This document shows positions 26,601 through 41,600 of a stretch of 64,000 nucleotides of DNA, in pieces. The DNA comes from Candidatus Oxydemutatoraceae bacterium (lineage in GTDB: Bacteria > Pseudomonadota > Gammaproteobacteria > Poriferisulfidales > Oxydemutatoraceae). The position numbers were made by a program, and so were the translations under genes. Below the pieces are notes generated by a model. The model was not told the DNA's origin, searched no databases, and saw nothing but the letters and a program-made list of their open reading frames with translations. Numbering within the stretch: the first letter of the stretch is position 1; each line of letters opens with the position of its first letter. The stretch spans positions 1,440,001 to 1,504,000 of the forward strand of contig CBDCOZ010000003.1 in assembly GCA_965220085.1 (NCBI GenBank). The letters run 5' to 3'.

Positions 26601-29600
26601 GGGGAAATCCGCTTCGCACACATCGGCGGTGGCGCGCAACACCGCGCGATAGACATTGTCGCTATCGCCGTCGGCCGGTCGCTCATAATCCGCCGCGGAG
26701 GTCGGGAAGGTCAATATGCCGCCGTCAAAGGCAAAGAATTGCGCGTCCAAATGGTCGGCAACCAAGCCGAGTCTTACGTCATCCGCGCCGCCGCACTGCG
26801 CGATCAGATTGCCGACCGCATACGCGCCGATTTGGGTCGGACGCGCGGCGCTCCCCTCGGCTATCTCCGCCGTTGCGGGACCGGTCAATGTCAACTCGCC
26901 GTACTTGCTCGTCGTGACCCCGAGCGGGCGCGACCACGGGCCTTCGCCGGCGGCGTTGCCCGCCCTGACGCGGAAGCGATACGCGGCAAACGGATCAAGG
27001 CCCGTCACTGTCGTTGCGGTAGCGGCCGAAGCAAAGGCGAATTCGGTCCATGCGCTCGCGCCGAGCAAGCGGTACTGCACATCGTAGTCGGTGATCGCCG
27101 AGTCCCCGCTTGGCGGCGCGTCCCAACTCAGCGCCGCCCGATCCCACTCAATGGCTCCCGCGGTCGGGGCGTCCGGGCGCATCGGCGTTTCGGGATCCTG
27201 GTCGGTGACATCCACCGACACTGCTGTCATCTCTTCATCAAGGCGCCCCTGATTGAATATCACCATCAGCACATAATCATTATTGCCGTCGGCATCGAGC
27301 GGCATTTCATGGTCCGGCGGGTCGTTAAAGAAGAGCTCGCCGTCCTCGTTGATATTGAACAGGGCGGCATCGGTACCGCTTAGCGTGAAAACTCCGGCTT
27401 TGCCGGTCGTGAATTGCTCGATCCGCGCATCCCGATTTTCCTCATAGTCCAAAGTGTTTCGACCGCTGATGACGGTTCTGGAAATCGTAGCAAGCGCATA
27501 GACTCTCGTGTCGGCGCTGGCGTGTTCGGGCGTGACGGTTATCCGAATCTCCCCGCCGTCGTACGCCAATTCGGAAATGCGCGTTCCGTCAATGGCCAAA
27601 CCCGCACCGCCGATTGATACTCTCGCACCCGGGTGCGATGCGGTAGCGGTGAGAGTCACTTCGGTCGCGGTCACCCCCGACGGCGGTGTGTCCAGCAGCA
27701 AACCGTAGCGCATAACCGACGGGTCAAAAGCGGGGTGTAGCGTCCCCGCCGGCACCGACAGGTCCGTCACCGCCGACACCGACAGGTTGCTGAGAGTAGC
27801 GTCATCGGACGGCGATTGCACTGTGCTGCGGGTCACCTCGGCACCGTTGATGATCGCCGCAATCGCATATGTGTAGTTGGCATCCATAACCACCGACGAC
27901 ACATCATTGGCCGTGGTTGTCGGGATATCGCGCTTGTGCAGAAGGCCGTCGCGATAAACATGGTAGCTTACCGGCGGCGCGGGATCCCAGTGGGATGTGT
28001 CGGGCGCATCCCAACTCAAGGTCCTGGGGCTGCCCCTGCCCGTGGCTATCGCATCGACCGGCCCTTCGCGCAGTTGATAACCGAACTCCTGCCAACTCGT
28101 GATGCCGTCGTTGTTGAAATCGGTTTTCAACGCCGGGTATTGCCCGCTGTCGCCAAAATCCCAGTAGTCCGCCGGGTTGCCGTTGGCATCCTCGTTCCAG
28201 TCGGCGTAGATGCCGCTATAGCCGGTCGGGGTTTGTAACTCGCTGCTCGTCTTGCCGCTCACAGCGCCGCTATCGCCCGCAAAATCGCCGACGCCAAAAG
28301 CCGTATCCGCGCCGCCGACATCGGTGTCCCAATAGACCGCGCCAAACTGAGCGGATTCGCTGTCGGAGTTCGCGCCGCCTATGCCGCCAATTTCGGGCGC
28401 GGGGAACATCTGCGCGGTGGCGTAAGCGGCGCGCAGGGTCATGTCCTCTATGGCCCCGACCAAGCCGCCCGCGGCGCCGGCCATTGCCCACACATAACCG
28501 GTCGCATAGACATGCTCTATGACGGCATTGGCGGCGGCGCGGCCGACGAGGCGGCCGACGACGCCGGCATCGGCCTGCGCAAAGCCGGTCGCATAACTGC
28601 GGCGCAACTCTCCCCCTTCCATATGGCCAATCAGCGAGGCGACGCTATCGGTGGAGGCTCTGATATTCGCCGCCGAGTACGCATCTTCTATCACGGTGCC
28701 ATCCGCAATGCCGATCACGCCGCCGCTATTGCGGCCGGCGTCGGTGATTTCCCCGGTCACGCCGAGATTGGAAATCGTCGTCGCGCCGGTGCGTGAGAAC
28801 AAGCCCCGCCGCGGAAAATCCCCGTCAATAAGCAGGTTATAAATCGTATGACCGTTGCCGTTGAAGACCGCCGTGATGCCGTCGGCGCCGCCGGAGAGCG
28901 GCTCCCATTGGACTCGGGTTTCGCCGTCCGCCAGCAACGGGGAAGCGGATATGCTGCCGCTCGCATAGTCCGTCGCATCCTCAAAATCCAAATCGCCGGT
29001 CAATTCATAACCGTCGCAACCGCCGACGCAACCCATGCCGGCGATGGCGTCGGGGAAAGCCAGCGCATACGTCGCGGCAGCCGTGCTTGCGACCATGCCG
29101 TCGCCGTCGGGGTCATAACGGATCGCATCGAGTTGCTCCAGATTGCCGATCTCTATCAGGCCGTCGTCGTCGCGGTCGTAGTCGCCTTGCCGCGGCGGAA
29201 ACTCAACGCGCGCGCTGGCGCCGACCTCTATGCCGTCGATCAGAACCGCTATTTGGTAGACATGGGTATCGGCGGACGCCGCCGTGTCAATGTGGCTCAG
29301 CGCTTCCACCGCGGTTGCCAGCGGCAACATGGAAGCCATGCCCGTCCTCGGCAAGCCGCGATACGCCCGGTAACTGATCGCGGGGGGCGGCGTCCACGCG
29401 CTCGTATCGACCGCCGTCCAACTCAAGAACCTGAGGTTGCCGAAGCCGCTGACCGTCAATTCCGGCAGGGCGCGCAACTGATAGCCGAATTCCTCCCAAC
29501 TCGCCTCGTTGTCGCCGTCAAAGTCAATCTTCAGAACCGGGTATTCGTCGCTGTCGCCAAAGTCCCAGTAGTCCGTCGCGCCGTCGTCGTCCCAGTCGGC

Positions 29601-32600
29601 GTAGAGACCGGCGTAAGCGGTCGGCGCTTGCAATTCGCGCGTTGTGACGGGGGCGACCTTGTCATTCCTCGGATTGCCGCTATCGGCGTAACGGCCGATG
29701 CTCGCATCGGCGTCGGATAGGTTCCGGTCCCAATAGCTGCTGCCGGTAATATTTTGAGCGGCGCTTTGAATGACGCCGATAAGGCCGCCGATACGCCCTC
29801 CGCCATCCGCAACGACCGCTCTGGAATAACCGTATCGGACCGTCACATCGGCGTTTATGCGGCCAAATAGTCCGCCCGCAACGGCTGCCGCCGGCACATT
29901 GATGCGACCGCTGCCATATGCATGCTGCGCAGTGATCTCGAAACCAATGTCACAATCGCCGGCCAGACCGCCGACATATTCGGTTTCGTGTTCCGACGGG
30001 GAAAACTCAAGGGCGGCATAGCTGGTTCTGATATTGCAACCGGCATCCCGAGAGCGACCGACCAAACCGCCGACATGCTCACCGCCGCTGACCTTGACAC
30101 GGGCAAAGCTGTTCCTGATTTGCGAAGCAGAATCCCTGCCTATTAAGCCGCCGACGCTGCTATCTGTCGATGCGTTGATTGTGCCAGTTACACCGACGTT
30201 ACTGATAATTGCCGGCTCATCCCAGACACGACCGAACAAACCGTAATATGAGAGATCATCGGGGTTGTCGTCGGCGCGGTTGATATGGAGGTTGCGAATT
30301 TCAAAACCGTTGCCGTCGAAGGGCGCTCGCAAATAACGTTGACGGTCGCCGATTGGCATCCAGCCGACGCCGCCTTCGTGCCGGCTCCAGCCGCGGTCGG
30401 GGCGACCGCCGGCGTAGCTTGTGCCGTCGTCAAAGTCCAAATCCTTGGCCAGCTCGTAGCCGAAGCAGTCGTCGGCGCAACCCATGTTGTCGGCGGCATT
30501 CGGAAATGTCATCATGACAACCGTCGTGCTCGCTCGACTGATTCCATCGCCGTCCGGATCCCAACGTATTAAATCCAGTTGATCCAGATTGCTGATTTCG
30601 ATCAGATTGTCGTCGTCGCGGTCGTAATCGATCGGTTCTACGTAGTCGGTCGTGATCTCATAACGTTGCGTCGTCGTCCTGTCTGCGGCGGTGACCGTTA
30701 TCGTAATGACGTTCGCCGCGCCGTCGCTCAGGCCGCTGACTCGATAGACGCTGCGGTTCGCGATAATCGCGGTACCCGTGGCCGCGATCTCGGCGACCGT
30801 CGCGACGGTCGTCGGGCTGGTCGCGGAGATACCCGTGACTGCCACTGTCGCGTTGCTGTCCGCGACCTCCGCCGTGACCTCAATGGCGGTGGTACCGGCA
30901 AGCACTTCGGCGGTATAACCGATGACTTCGGGGTCAAAACGCGGTTGCAAAACGCCGCGCGACAAGCGCAAGTATCTCAGGCGGGCATCGTTGTTGGGGA
31001 AGCGTACGGTCGCACGCGCCGCCTCGCCGCCGTCGATGACCGCTGCGATGCCGTAGGTGTATGCCGTACCGGCGATCGCACCCGTGTCGCTATATGTCGT
31101 CTCCGTTATGCCGCTGGCTATGGCTGTCGGGTTCGCCGCATCGCTGATGCGATAAATCGTATACGAGACCACCGGTGAAGGTGTCCAGTGCGATATGTCC
31201 GGTGCGGTCCAACTCAGCAGGTTTGATGTGCCGGTATCGGTCACTGTCACATCGGTCGGGCCGGTGCGCAACTGATGACCGAATTCCTGCCAGCTTGTTA
31301 CCGCGCTGTTGTCGAAATCCACTTTCAGTACCGGGTATTCGCCGGTGATGCCGAAATCCCAGTAGTCGTTGCCGTCGGCATCCCAGTCGGCATAGATGCC
31401 GCCGTAGCCGGTCGGCAATTGGAGCGCGGCGCTCGTCAGGCCGACGGCGGAACCTTCGCTACCGCCGGCTATATTGGATGTTCGGGTATCCCAATACACG
31501 GCGGTCAATGTGGCATCGTTTTGAGCCGCGACCAAACCACTGTAAACACCCGCCTGACCTACCAAGGCAGTCGCATAAGCATATTGAAGCCCGACAGTGC
31601 CCGCATAACCGATGAGGCCGCCCAGACGCCCTTTGATACTGGCGTTCTCATCTCCCACATAGACATGACCGGTCGCATAAACATGTTCCACAGTGTTGTC
31701 ATCGCCGACATCCCCGGTGCGGCCAATGAGGCCGCCGAGTTCAAAATTACCGGGTATATTGCCCGTCGCATAACTCGTACGAACAGTGCCGCCCTCATCC
31801 ACGCTTCCGACCAAAGAGCCGATCCTCCGGTTGCCTCGTACTGTCACCGCCGACCAACTCTTCTCAACCGTCGCGCCGGTCAGGGAGCCGACCAGACCGC
31901 CCATACTGTCACTGTTGCTTACAATGCTACCGGTAGGGATAACACCGCGCATCTCACCTGTCACCGCAATGTTTGATACCGTAGCACCGGCTCCGACAAC
32001 TCCGAACAGCCCTTGGTTGGGCATATCGCGTTCAATATACAGGCCGGAAATCATATGGCCGTTGCCGTTGAATGTCGTCGTGAAGTTTGTCGTGGAATCG
32101 CCTATCGGGGTCCAGCCTTCGCCTTCCGTAAAGGCTTTGTTGACAGTACCGGCGTCATAACTCGCCGCGTCGTTGAAGTCCAGATCGCGGGTTAATTCAT
32201 AGCCCAGACAATGGGGGGCTCCCTGCTGCGCAGGGGCGGGGCAACCCATATTGTCGGCGGCAAAGCGAAATGCGGCGGCATACTTTGCCAGATCATCGGC
32301 GGCGACCTCGCCGTCGCCGTTCGGATCAAAGCGCATCGCATCGAGTTGCTCCAGGTTGCGAATCTCGATCAGACCGTCGTCATCAATGTCATAATCTCCG
32401 CCGACTGCGATCCTGGCGCTGCGCGCCGCCTCGCCGCCATTGACAACGGCGGCAACCGAGTAAGCGGCGAAGTCCGGCCCGGCGCGGACCAGGGCCGTCG
32501 TCCCCTCCGCCCCCGGCGTGACGTTCGTGGCGCCGTTCTCCGCTTGTTCATAGATGGCATACGTGACGACCGGCGGCGCATCCCACGCGCTCGTATCAAC

Positions 32601-35600
32601 CGCGCTCCAACTCAGCAATATCGGGTCGCCGGGCGTCAATGTCAATGTCGGAGTCTCGCGCAACTGATAGCCGAACTCGGTCCAATCTTGCGCTGTTCCG
32701 TCGCCGTCGGTATCGCGTTGCAGCACGGGGTATTGGTCTGACCGGCCATAATTCCAATGATCGGCGGTACCGCCGTCGTTCCAGTCAAGGTAGATGCTAC
32801 CGGTAGCCGTCGTCGGCATTTGTAACTCACTGCTTGTGTGACCGTTGCCGGTGGCATAGCCACTGCCGATCACGTTGGTCTTGCCCGAAGTTTCGGTATC
32901 CCAATAGACAGCGATGAAGGCAGATCTGGGATTCACTCTGCCGGCGATACCGCCGCTCAGCGCCGCATCGGCAGCAATCAAAGCGGTGGCGTAGCTGTAT
33001 TTGAGTTGCAGCCGTCCGCCGTAGCCGACCAAACCGCCGGCGTGCCTTCTGTTACCGCCGCGGGTCGCATCGACATAGCCGGTCGCATAGACATGTTCCA
33101 CATTGCTATTGGGCAAACCGTGGTGTATCCCGCCGATCAAACCGCCGGTTTGCTCGTCGGCATAGGTGTTGCCGGTGGCATAGCTGACAGAAACCGTGCC
33201 TTGCTGGTTATAACCGACCAGAGAGCCGACCAGCTTTCTGCCTTCTGCCGCTACCGTCGAATAGCTGCCTTCCACTCTGCCGCTGCCAATTATGGCACCG
33301 ACCAGACCGCCGATTTGATCGGCTTCTTGGCCGCCGCGCACCCTGCCTGTCACACCGAGATTGGCGATTGTCGCGCCATCAATGATTCTGCCAAACAAGC
33401 CCTGATAATCCGCATTGCGCTCAATGTGCAGCCCATAGACGCTATAGCCGTTGCCGTCAAACATTGCCGAAAAAGCATCTTGACCGCCGCCTATCGGTTG
33501 CCAACCTCTGCCGCTCGTCCATGTCTCATTTTGAAAAGCATCAAAATCCAAATCACGCATCAGTTCGTAACCGCTACAGGTATTGGCGGGGCAGCCCATG
33601 CCGGCAACGGCGCTCGGAAAAGCGGCATCGTAGTCTAGCGGATTACTCGCGTTGCCATCGCCATCCACATCCCAGCGCACGGCGTTGAGTTGGAGCAGGT
33701 TTTCAATCTCAATCAAACCGTCGTCATCGCTGTCGTAATCTATTTCGGGCACTGTGACGCGGTTGCTGTGACTCGCTTCGCCGCCATTGATGACCGCCGC
33801 TACCCGATATGCCACCTGCCCTGTGACCGTATCGCTGTCGGTATAAGAGGTTCTTGTGCTGTCCGTCTCTATCAGCGTCGTGCCCTGCTCGCGGGTCGTG
33901 GTCTCCCCGGTCTGTTGATTGATCGCTATCGGGGTGCGATAAACCCTGTATGTCAGTGCGGGTGCGTCCGGCCAGAAACTCGTATCAGGCGCACTCCAAC
34001 TCAATATTCTGGATGTGCCGGTATCGGTGACATTCAATGCCGGCGCTTCGCGCAACTGGTAGCCGAATTCTTCCCAGCTCGCCGTACCGTCGTCGTTGAA
34101 ATCCACCTTCAGCGCCGGGTACTGGCTCGCCGTGCCGAAGTCCCAATAGTCAACCGGATTGTTATAGGTATCCATGGCCCAGTTGGCATAGATGCCGCTA
34201 TAGCCTGTCGGTGTTTGCAACTCGGAAGTCGTTCTGCCGCTCACACCGGTAAGCCTGCCCGTACTCACCGCACCCAGTCTGCCCGAAGTCAGAATATCCC
34301 AGTAGACATCAGAGGACGTAACGCCCGGGTTGGAATTACCGCCGATGCCGCCGCTTTGTAGCGCGTCAAGATCAAGCCAGGCGGTGGAGTAACTGTAGGT
34401 GATATATGCCTGCCCCAAATCACCGATGAGACCGCCGGCCCACCGCCTGTCTGCGACATTCCGTGCCAGACTCAGATAACCGGTCGCATAAGTGTGTATC
34501 ATCACCAAGTAGATGTTGCTTTCATCCACAACCGCGCCGACCAAACCACCGGCTACCGACTCGGCGCTGACATTACCGGTCGCATAGCTTCTTTCAAGGG
34601 TACCTTCGGTTACATAGCCGATTAGCGAACCGACATTATTAATGCCGGATACCGACACTGTCGAGTAGCTGTCCACAATTTCACCGCCTGTCAGCTTACC
34701 GACCAGCCCGCCGATATTATTTCTCATGTCTGCGGAGCCGGAGCCTGTATAGGCTATCGAGCCTGTTATGCCGAGGTTATAAATCTCACCGCCATAGCTG
34801 ATGACACCGAATAAGCCCTGATCGGGGGAACTGCGGTTGATATACAGGTTGCGAATTTCATAGCCGCGGCCGTCAAAGGTCGCCGTGAAGGGATCGCTAC
34901 TTTGGCCAAGCGGCTGCCAACCTGCGGCGATATCGGGGCCGATAGTCATCACATAGGTTGCCATACTGCCACCGGCATAGTCAGCCGGATCGTTAAAGTC
35001 CAAATCTCCTGTCAGTTCATAGCCGATACAACCGTCATTGTCCGCCGGACAACCCATATCGCGCGCGGGAGAGGGAAATGCCAATGTATACATATCTGTC
35101 GCCGTACTCGCGGCGATGCCATTGCCGTCCAAATCCCAGCGTATGGCATAGAGCTGGTTCAGGTTACGGATTTCAATCAGGCTGTTGTTATCCGCGTCGT
35201 AGTCAATCAACGGCACAACCGCGGTACTGCGGCTTGCCTCGCCGCCGTTAATCACAGTGGCCACCCGGTAGGTCTGTCGAGAAGCATCAAGCCGTGCGAG
35301 GTCTACATAGCTCGTTCCTATCAGGTCGGACGCTATCAACGTCGCTTGTGATGAATCTTCAATGCGGTACGCCTTATAGGTGACAACCGGCGCGGGCGAC
35401 CAGTGCGATATGTCGGGAGCGGGCCAAATCAGTTCTCTTCTTGTCTCAACACTGGTGACCGACAGAGTCGGCGCGGTACGCAACTGATAGCCGAACTCCT
35501 GCCAGCTCGCGGTGCTGTCGTTGTTGAAGTCAATCTTCAGCGCCGGGTACTGGCTCGTCGTGCCGAAGTCCCAATAGTCGGTCGCATTACCCGCGCCATC

Positions 35601-38600
35601 ATTCGCGTTCCAGTCGCCATAAATGCCGCTATAGTCTTCGGGGGCTTGCAGTTCGGCGGATGTTTGAGCGGTGATGCCGGCGGCAACGCCCGCGCCGATA
35701 GCGCTATCCTTGCCGGATATGCCGCGGTCCCAATACACCGCGTCGAATGCGGGGCTATCGCCGGCGGCAACCGTTCCAACCACGCCGCCGCTTTCGCCGC
35801 CGGCCGGGTCAATCCAGGCCCTGGCATAGCTGTAATTTATTTCCGCGCCGCCGGCGGAACCGATCAGACCGCCGCCCCACTTCGCATCGTCGCCAAACGG
35901 TGTCACATAACCGGTCGCGTAACTGTGCTCTATGACCGCCGTTGTCGTCGTCGGGGCGGCGCCGACCAAACCGCCGACGGCGGCATCGCCTGTCACCTCT
36001 CCCGTCGCATAGCTCGCGGTCACCGTGCCTTGATCAACATACCCGACGAGACCGCCGACATATTCATCGCCCGCCACCGCCGCCGATGACCAGACGCCTT
36101 CTATCGTACTGTCCGTACCCGATAACTCGCCCGCCAAGGCGCCGATGCGATCGCCGTCGTCGCCGCTCACGGAGCCGGTCAGGCCGATATTGCCGATGGC
36201 GGCGCCGGCGCCGACGACGCCGAACAGCCCCTGCTTGTCGCTGTTGCGGTTAATATATAAGTTATAGATTACATAGCCATTGCCGTCGAATGTCGTTGTG
36301 AATTCCGTCGTATCGTCGCCGAGCGGCAGCCAACCGTCGCCGCTTGTCCACGCCGCATCGATGTTGCCGGCCGCATAGGAAGACGCGTCGGTAAAATCCA
36401 GATTGCGGCTCAATTCGTAGCCGCTACAACCGCCGACCGTCGGGCAACCCATGCCGGATACCGCATCATAAAAGGCACTCGTATAATCGCTCTCATTATC
36501 CGCTGCGGGGCTGCCGTCGCCATCCAAATCCCAGCGCAGGGCATTGAGTTGTCGCAGGCTTTCAATCTCTATCAGACCGTCGTCGTCGCTGTCGTAATCG
36601 CGCCGCGCGGACACAAATACGCTGCGCGCCGCCTCGCCGCCGTTGACGACGGCGGCAAGCCGATAGGTATATTCGGCGGCGGCGACGGCGGCGGTATCGG
36701 CATACGTCGTAGCGGCGGTATTTGAGACGACTACCGTGTCGGTATCCGACGCCGCGTCGCTGCGATATATGGCATACGTGATAGTCGGCAAAGCGGATGA
36801 CGACCAGCGCGATGTGTCGGGCGCGTTCCATGTCAGCACTCTGGTCTCGGAGGCGCCGCGCACCGCCAAAGTCGGCGCTTGGCGCAGTTGGTAGCCGAAT
36901 TCCTGCCATGTCGCTTCGCCGTCGCCGTCAAAGTCCGCTTTCAATGCGGGATATTCGGCGGCGGCGCCGAAATCCCAGTAGTCGTTTTCGTCGGTGTCCC
37001 AGTCAGCGTAAATACCACTGTAATTTCTTGGCAAGCGCAAGGCGGCGGTATTCCTGCTGCTAATGCCGGCACTTGTTCCGGTACCTACGGCATCGCTTTT
37101 AGCCGAAGTCCCGCTGTCCCAATACACAGCGGTAAATGTGGCATTGGCATCCGCATTACGCCCGCCGATACCGCCGCTTTCCACTGCTGCGGGAGAAATC
37201 TGGGCGGTCGAATAACTGTATCTCAGCCGCAAGCTCCCGCTGTTACCCGACCGCTGGCTGGATAAATTACCGAACAGACCGCCGAACCATTGCTTGCTTT
37301 CATTCTCGGTTACATCCATATAGCCGGTGGCATATGTGTGTTCGATGACAATTTCCGAATTCGGGTTATCCCCTCCCTTGCCGACCAGACCGCCGCCGGT
37401 GAAAGCGGCGAAGACATTGCCTGTGGCATAACTTGTGCGAATGGTACCATCGTCAATAACCCCGACCAAAGAGCCGACACTGTCCGCTCTGATTGCCTCC
37501 AAAGAGACCGCCGAATAGTTGTTTTCAATCACACCGCCCGACATATCGCCGATCAGACCGCCATAGTTTTGTGTCTCCGCGGCGGCAGTGTCGCTTGCAG
37601 ATATTCTGCCGCTGACACCGATGTTTGAAACCGCCGCGCCGCTGCCGATCGCGCCGAACAGACCTTGTCCGTTCTCGTTGCGATCGATATGCAAGTTATA
37701 CACCGTGTAACCATTGCCGTTGAAGGTCGCTGTGAAGCGTTCGGCGGTTCCGCCGAGCGGCTCCCAACCGCTGCCGCTCGTCCACGCCGTGCTGACACTG
37801 CCGCTCGCATAGCTTGCCGAATCATTAAAGTCCAAATCGCCCATCAACTCGTAACCGGTGCAGGCATTGTTCACACAACCCATGCCGGGTGACGAACCGA
37901 CAAAAGCGATTCTGTAGTCCGGACGATCCGTGTCGGAAACGGCGCCATCGCCGTCCAAGTCCCAGCGCACCGCATAAAGCTGTTCCAGCGTACTGATCTC
38001 AATCAGCCCGTTATTATTGCGGTCGTAACTGCGCGGTGCGGATATAAACCTGCTACGGCTCGCCTCGCCGCCATTGACAACAGCCGCGACCCGATAGGTG
38101 TGTTCCGCATAAACGACCGCATTTGCATCGTCATAGCTTGTCGCTGTAGTCGGTTCCGCTACCAATAACTCATCGTCGCGATAGATGTTGTAAGCGATAG
38201 TCGGCGGATTATCAGGCCATGCCGATACATCCGGCGCGGTCCAAGTTAATGTTCTGGAATCACCGACCCCGTCTACCGCCAAATCACGCGGGCCTTCGCG
38301 CAACTGATAGCCGAACTCTTCCCAACTTGCCGTGCCGTCATTGTCAAAATCAATCTTCAGCGCGGGGTATTGATCGGCGGCGCCAAAATCCCAGTAATCG
38401 TTTTCATCCGGGTTCCATTCGGCGTAGATGCCGGCATAGGTCGTCGGCGCTTGCAACGCGGCGGTCGTCAATCCGGCGGCGCCGGCGACCGCCGGCGCCG
38501 AGCCGAGCGCGTTGCTTTGGCCCGAGATCTCGGTATCCCAGTAAACGGCGGCGAACAGGCCGCCCGCGCTGAGGTCGTTGCCGCCAATGCCGCCGTCGGC

Positions 38601-41600
38601 AATCGCGGCGGAATACGCATACCGCAGTTGTACGCGTCCTACATCGCCGATCAAGCCGCCGAGCGTACGCGCGGACGCGCCGGCGCGCGCGCTCACATAA
38701 CCCGTCGCATAAACATGCTCGGCAATGGCATTGCCGATGTCGTTCACTTTGCCAATCAAGCCGCCGGCTTCGCTGGCGGACACATTGCCGGTTGCGTAAC
38801 TCGTTTGCACCGTACCCTGTACCAGCCTGCCGAGCAGAGAACCGGCGGCCGTATTGCCCGCCACCGCGACCGTTGAATAGCTGTTCGCAATCATCGCGCT
38901 ACCAATCATCTGACTGACCAGTCCGCCTGTCAGGCTGTCGCTTGCACCCGCGCTGACCGCGCCGGTGACGCCGATATTCGTAATCACAGCGCCGGAACCA
39001 ATGATGCCGAACAGGCTTTGTCCGCTGTCGTCGCGATCGATATGCAAGTTATGGACCGTGCGACCATTGCCATTAAAGGTCGCCGTAAAACGTCCGCCGC
39101 CGGAGGCCAGCGGCGCCCAGCCCCCGCTCGTACTCCCTTCGCTCCAGTCGGCATTGACGGCGCCGCTCGCATAACTGGTCGCGAGACGAAAGTCCAGATC
39201 ATTGCTCAACTCATAGCCGGTGCAACCGCCGGAGCTATCGCTCGGGCAACCCATGCCGGGCGGCGCGCCGGGGAAAGCCGCGTCATAGAGTTGTGTGTTT
39301 TGCGATACGGCGCTGCCGTCGCCGTCAAGGTCGTAGCGTATTGCGTTGAGTTGCTCCAGTGTCGTGATTTCAATCAGACCGTCATTATTCTGATCATAAT
39401 CCTGCGTCGGTTCTGATGTCACCAAATCACTGCGCAGCGCTTCGGAACCATCGCTGCCAACCGCAACCTGATAGGTATATTCGGTATCGGGATCCGCCGT
39501 TGCATCGGTGTAAGTTAAATCTTCGGGCACCGATGCCAGATACGCATTATCGCGATAGATGGCGTATGTCAGTGTCGGCCCAAAGCGCAACCACGTGCTT
39601 ATATCGGGCGCGTCCCAGACCAGCACTCTGTGCCGGTTGCTGTTCGCACTCACCTTCAGGTCCGCCGACCATTCGCGCAATTGATAACCGAATCCTTCCC
39701 ATGTTACGGAGGTATCCGCATCGTTATCAAAATCAACTTTCAGTGCGGGGTACTGCTCGGAGGTGCCGAAGTCCCAATAGTCCGTAGTCGCATCGCCATT
39801 GCCATCGGGCTCGTTCCAGCTGGCGTATATCTCATCGTAATCCTCGGGTTCTTGCAGTTCGGCGGTCGGCAGGTTGGTGATGCCGTCCTCAACAGAGCCT
39901 TCGCCTACTCCGTCTCCCTTCTCGCTCTTGCCGGATGTCGACGCATCCCAATAGACATCCGTATATGCGGCATCTTCAGAGTCGTGATAACCGCCGACCC
40001 CGCCGCTGTTTGTCGCAGCCGGCGCAATCAGACCGGTTGCATAGCTGTAGCTGAGTTCCACATTCGCAAGAGCGCCGATCAAACCGCCGCCCCATTTCAT
40101 ATCGCCGGGTAGTGTCGGGCTCACAGATCCCGATGCGTATGTGTGCTCCACAATATTGGAAGCGCTCGCTACAATTTTGCCAATCAGACCGCCGGTCTCC
40201 GCACTCGCCAAGGTCCTGCCCTGAGCATAACTCGCGCGCACGGTCGCACCGCTGAGCTGACCGGCCAGCGAACCGACGGCGGCGCCGCCTCGCACCGACA
40301 CCAAGGAATAGCTCTCTGCCAGCGTCGCACCACCGGTCAATTCGGCAACCAGACCGCCGATCTTGTTCGCACCCGTCACCGAACCGGCTATGCCGACTGT
40401 AGAGATAGTCGCACCGCTGACCGATCCGAACAAGCCTTGACTGTCCGCATTACGGTTAATATACAGGCTGCTAATCAAGTTGCCATTGCCTTCAAATGTC
40501 GCCGTGAACGGATTATCGGCATCACCGATAGGTTCCCATCCCGCACCGCTTGTCCACTCCGGATTGATTCGTAAGCTATCGTAGCTGTTGCGATAATTAA
40601 ATCCCAAATTGCGAACCAATTCGTAACCCGTACAGTTGCCGTCAGGGCACCCCATATTATCAATAGCGCTGACGAATGCCAGTGTATATGAGGTCGCGTT
40701 ACCTTCGGTTGCAATACCATTGCCGTCCAAGTCCCAGCGCATCGCATTGAGCTGCTCCAGACTGTTGATTTCAATCAAGCCGTCGTCATCGCTGTCATAA
40801 TCATTTAACCTTGCTTCGACACTCCGCCACCCCGCCGTACCGCCGTTGACGACGACCGCCACCGTATACAGATAGCCGACAAGATTCTCACCCGCGTCGG
40901 TATCGGTATAACCCGTCCCTTCTATGCCCTCCGCTATCAACATCTCATCGCTGCTGCCATCCCGTACAATCCGATATATAGTGTAAGAAACGGGCGCCGT
41001 GCTCGGCCAGTAAGAGGTATCGGGTGCGGTCCAACTCAGAACTCTGGATTCGCCGTCAAATGTCGCGGACAAAGCGGGCGGTTGCTCGCGTAACTGATAG
41101 CCAAACTCCTGCCAAGTATCTTCCCCATCGCCGTTAGTATCAATTTTCAGCGCCGGATATTGCAAGGCGGTGCCAAAATCCCAACTGTCAATGCCGTCGG
41201 CATTCCAGTCCGCATAAATACCGTCGTAACCGGTCGGGGCTTGTAAGATTACAATGGAATGTGTGCGCGCTGCGACGTCGGTGCCGGCGGCAACCGGGCT
41301 AGATTCGTTGACGACTACTTCGCTCGCCGGATAAACATTATTGACGCTGAGATCGCTGTTAGCAATGGCGCGCCCGGCAAGAGTCCCCGACCTGCGAGTT
41401 GGGTGATACAAAATGCGGCCGGTATTATATGTGTAGGCGAGTCGCACCCGCCCGAGATTTCCGATAAAACCGCCGACACAAGGCACCGTAGATGACACGC
41501 ACGATGATATGGTATTGCCGCCGTGCGATGCATCTATGAATCCCGTTGAATAAGCATGCTTCACAGTTGTTATGACAGTATGGGCATCATCGTGCACACC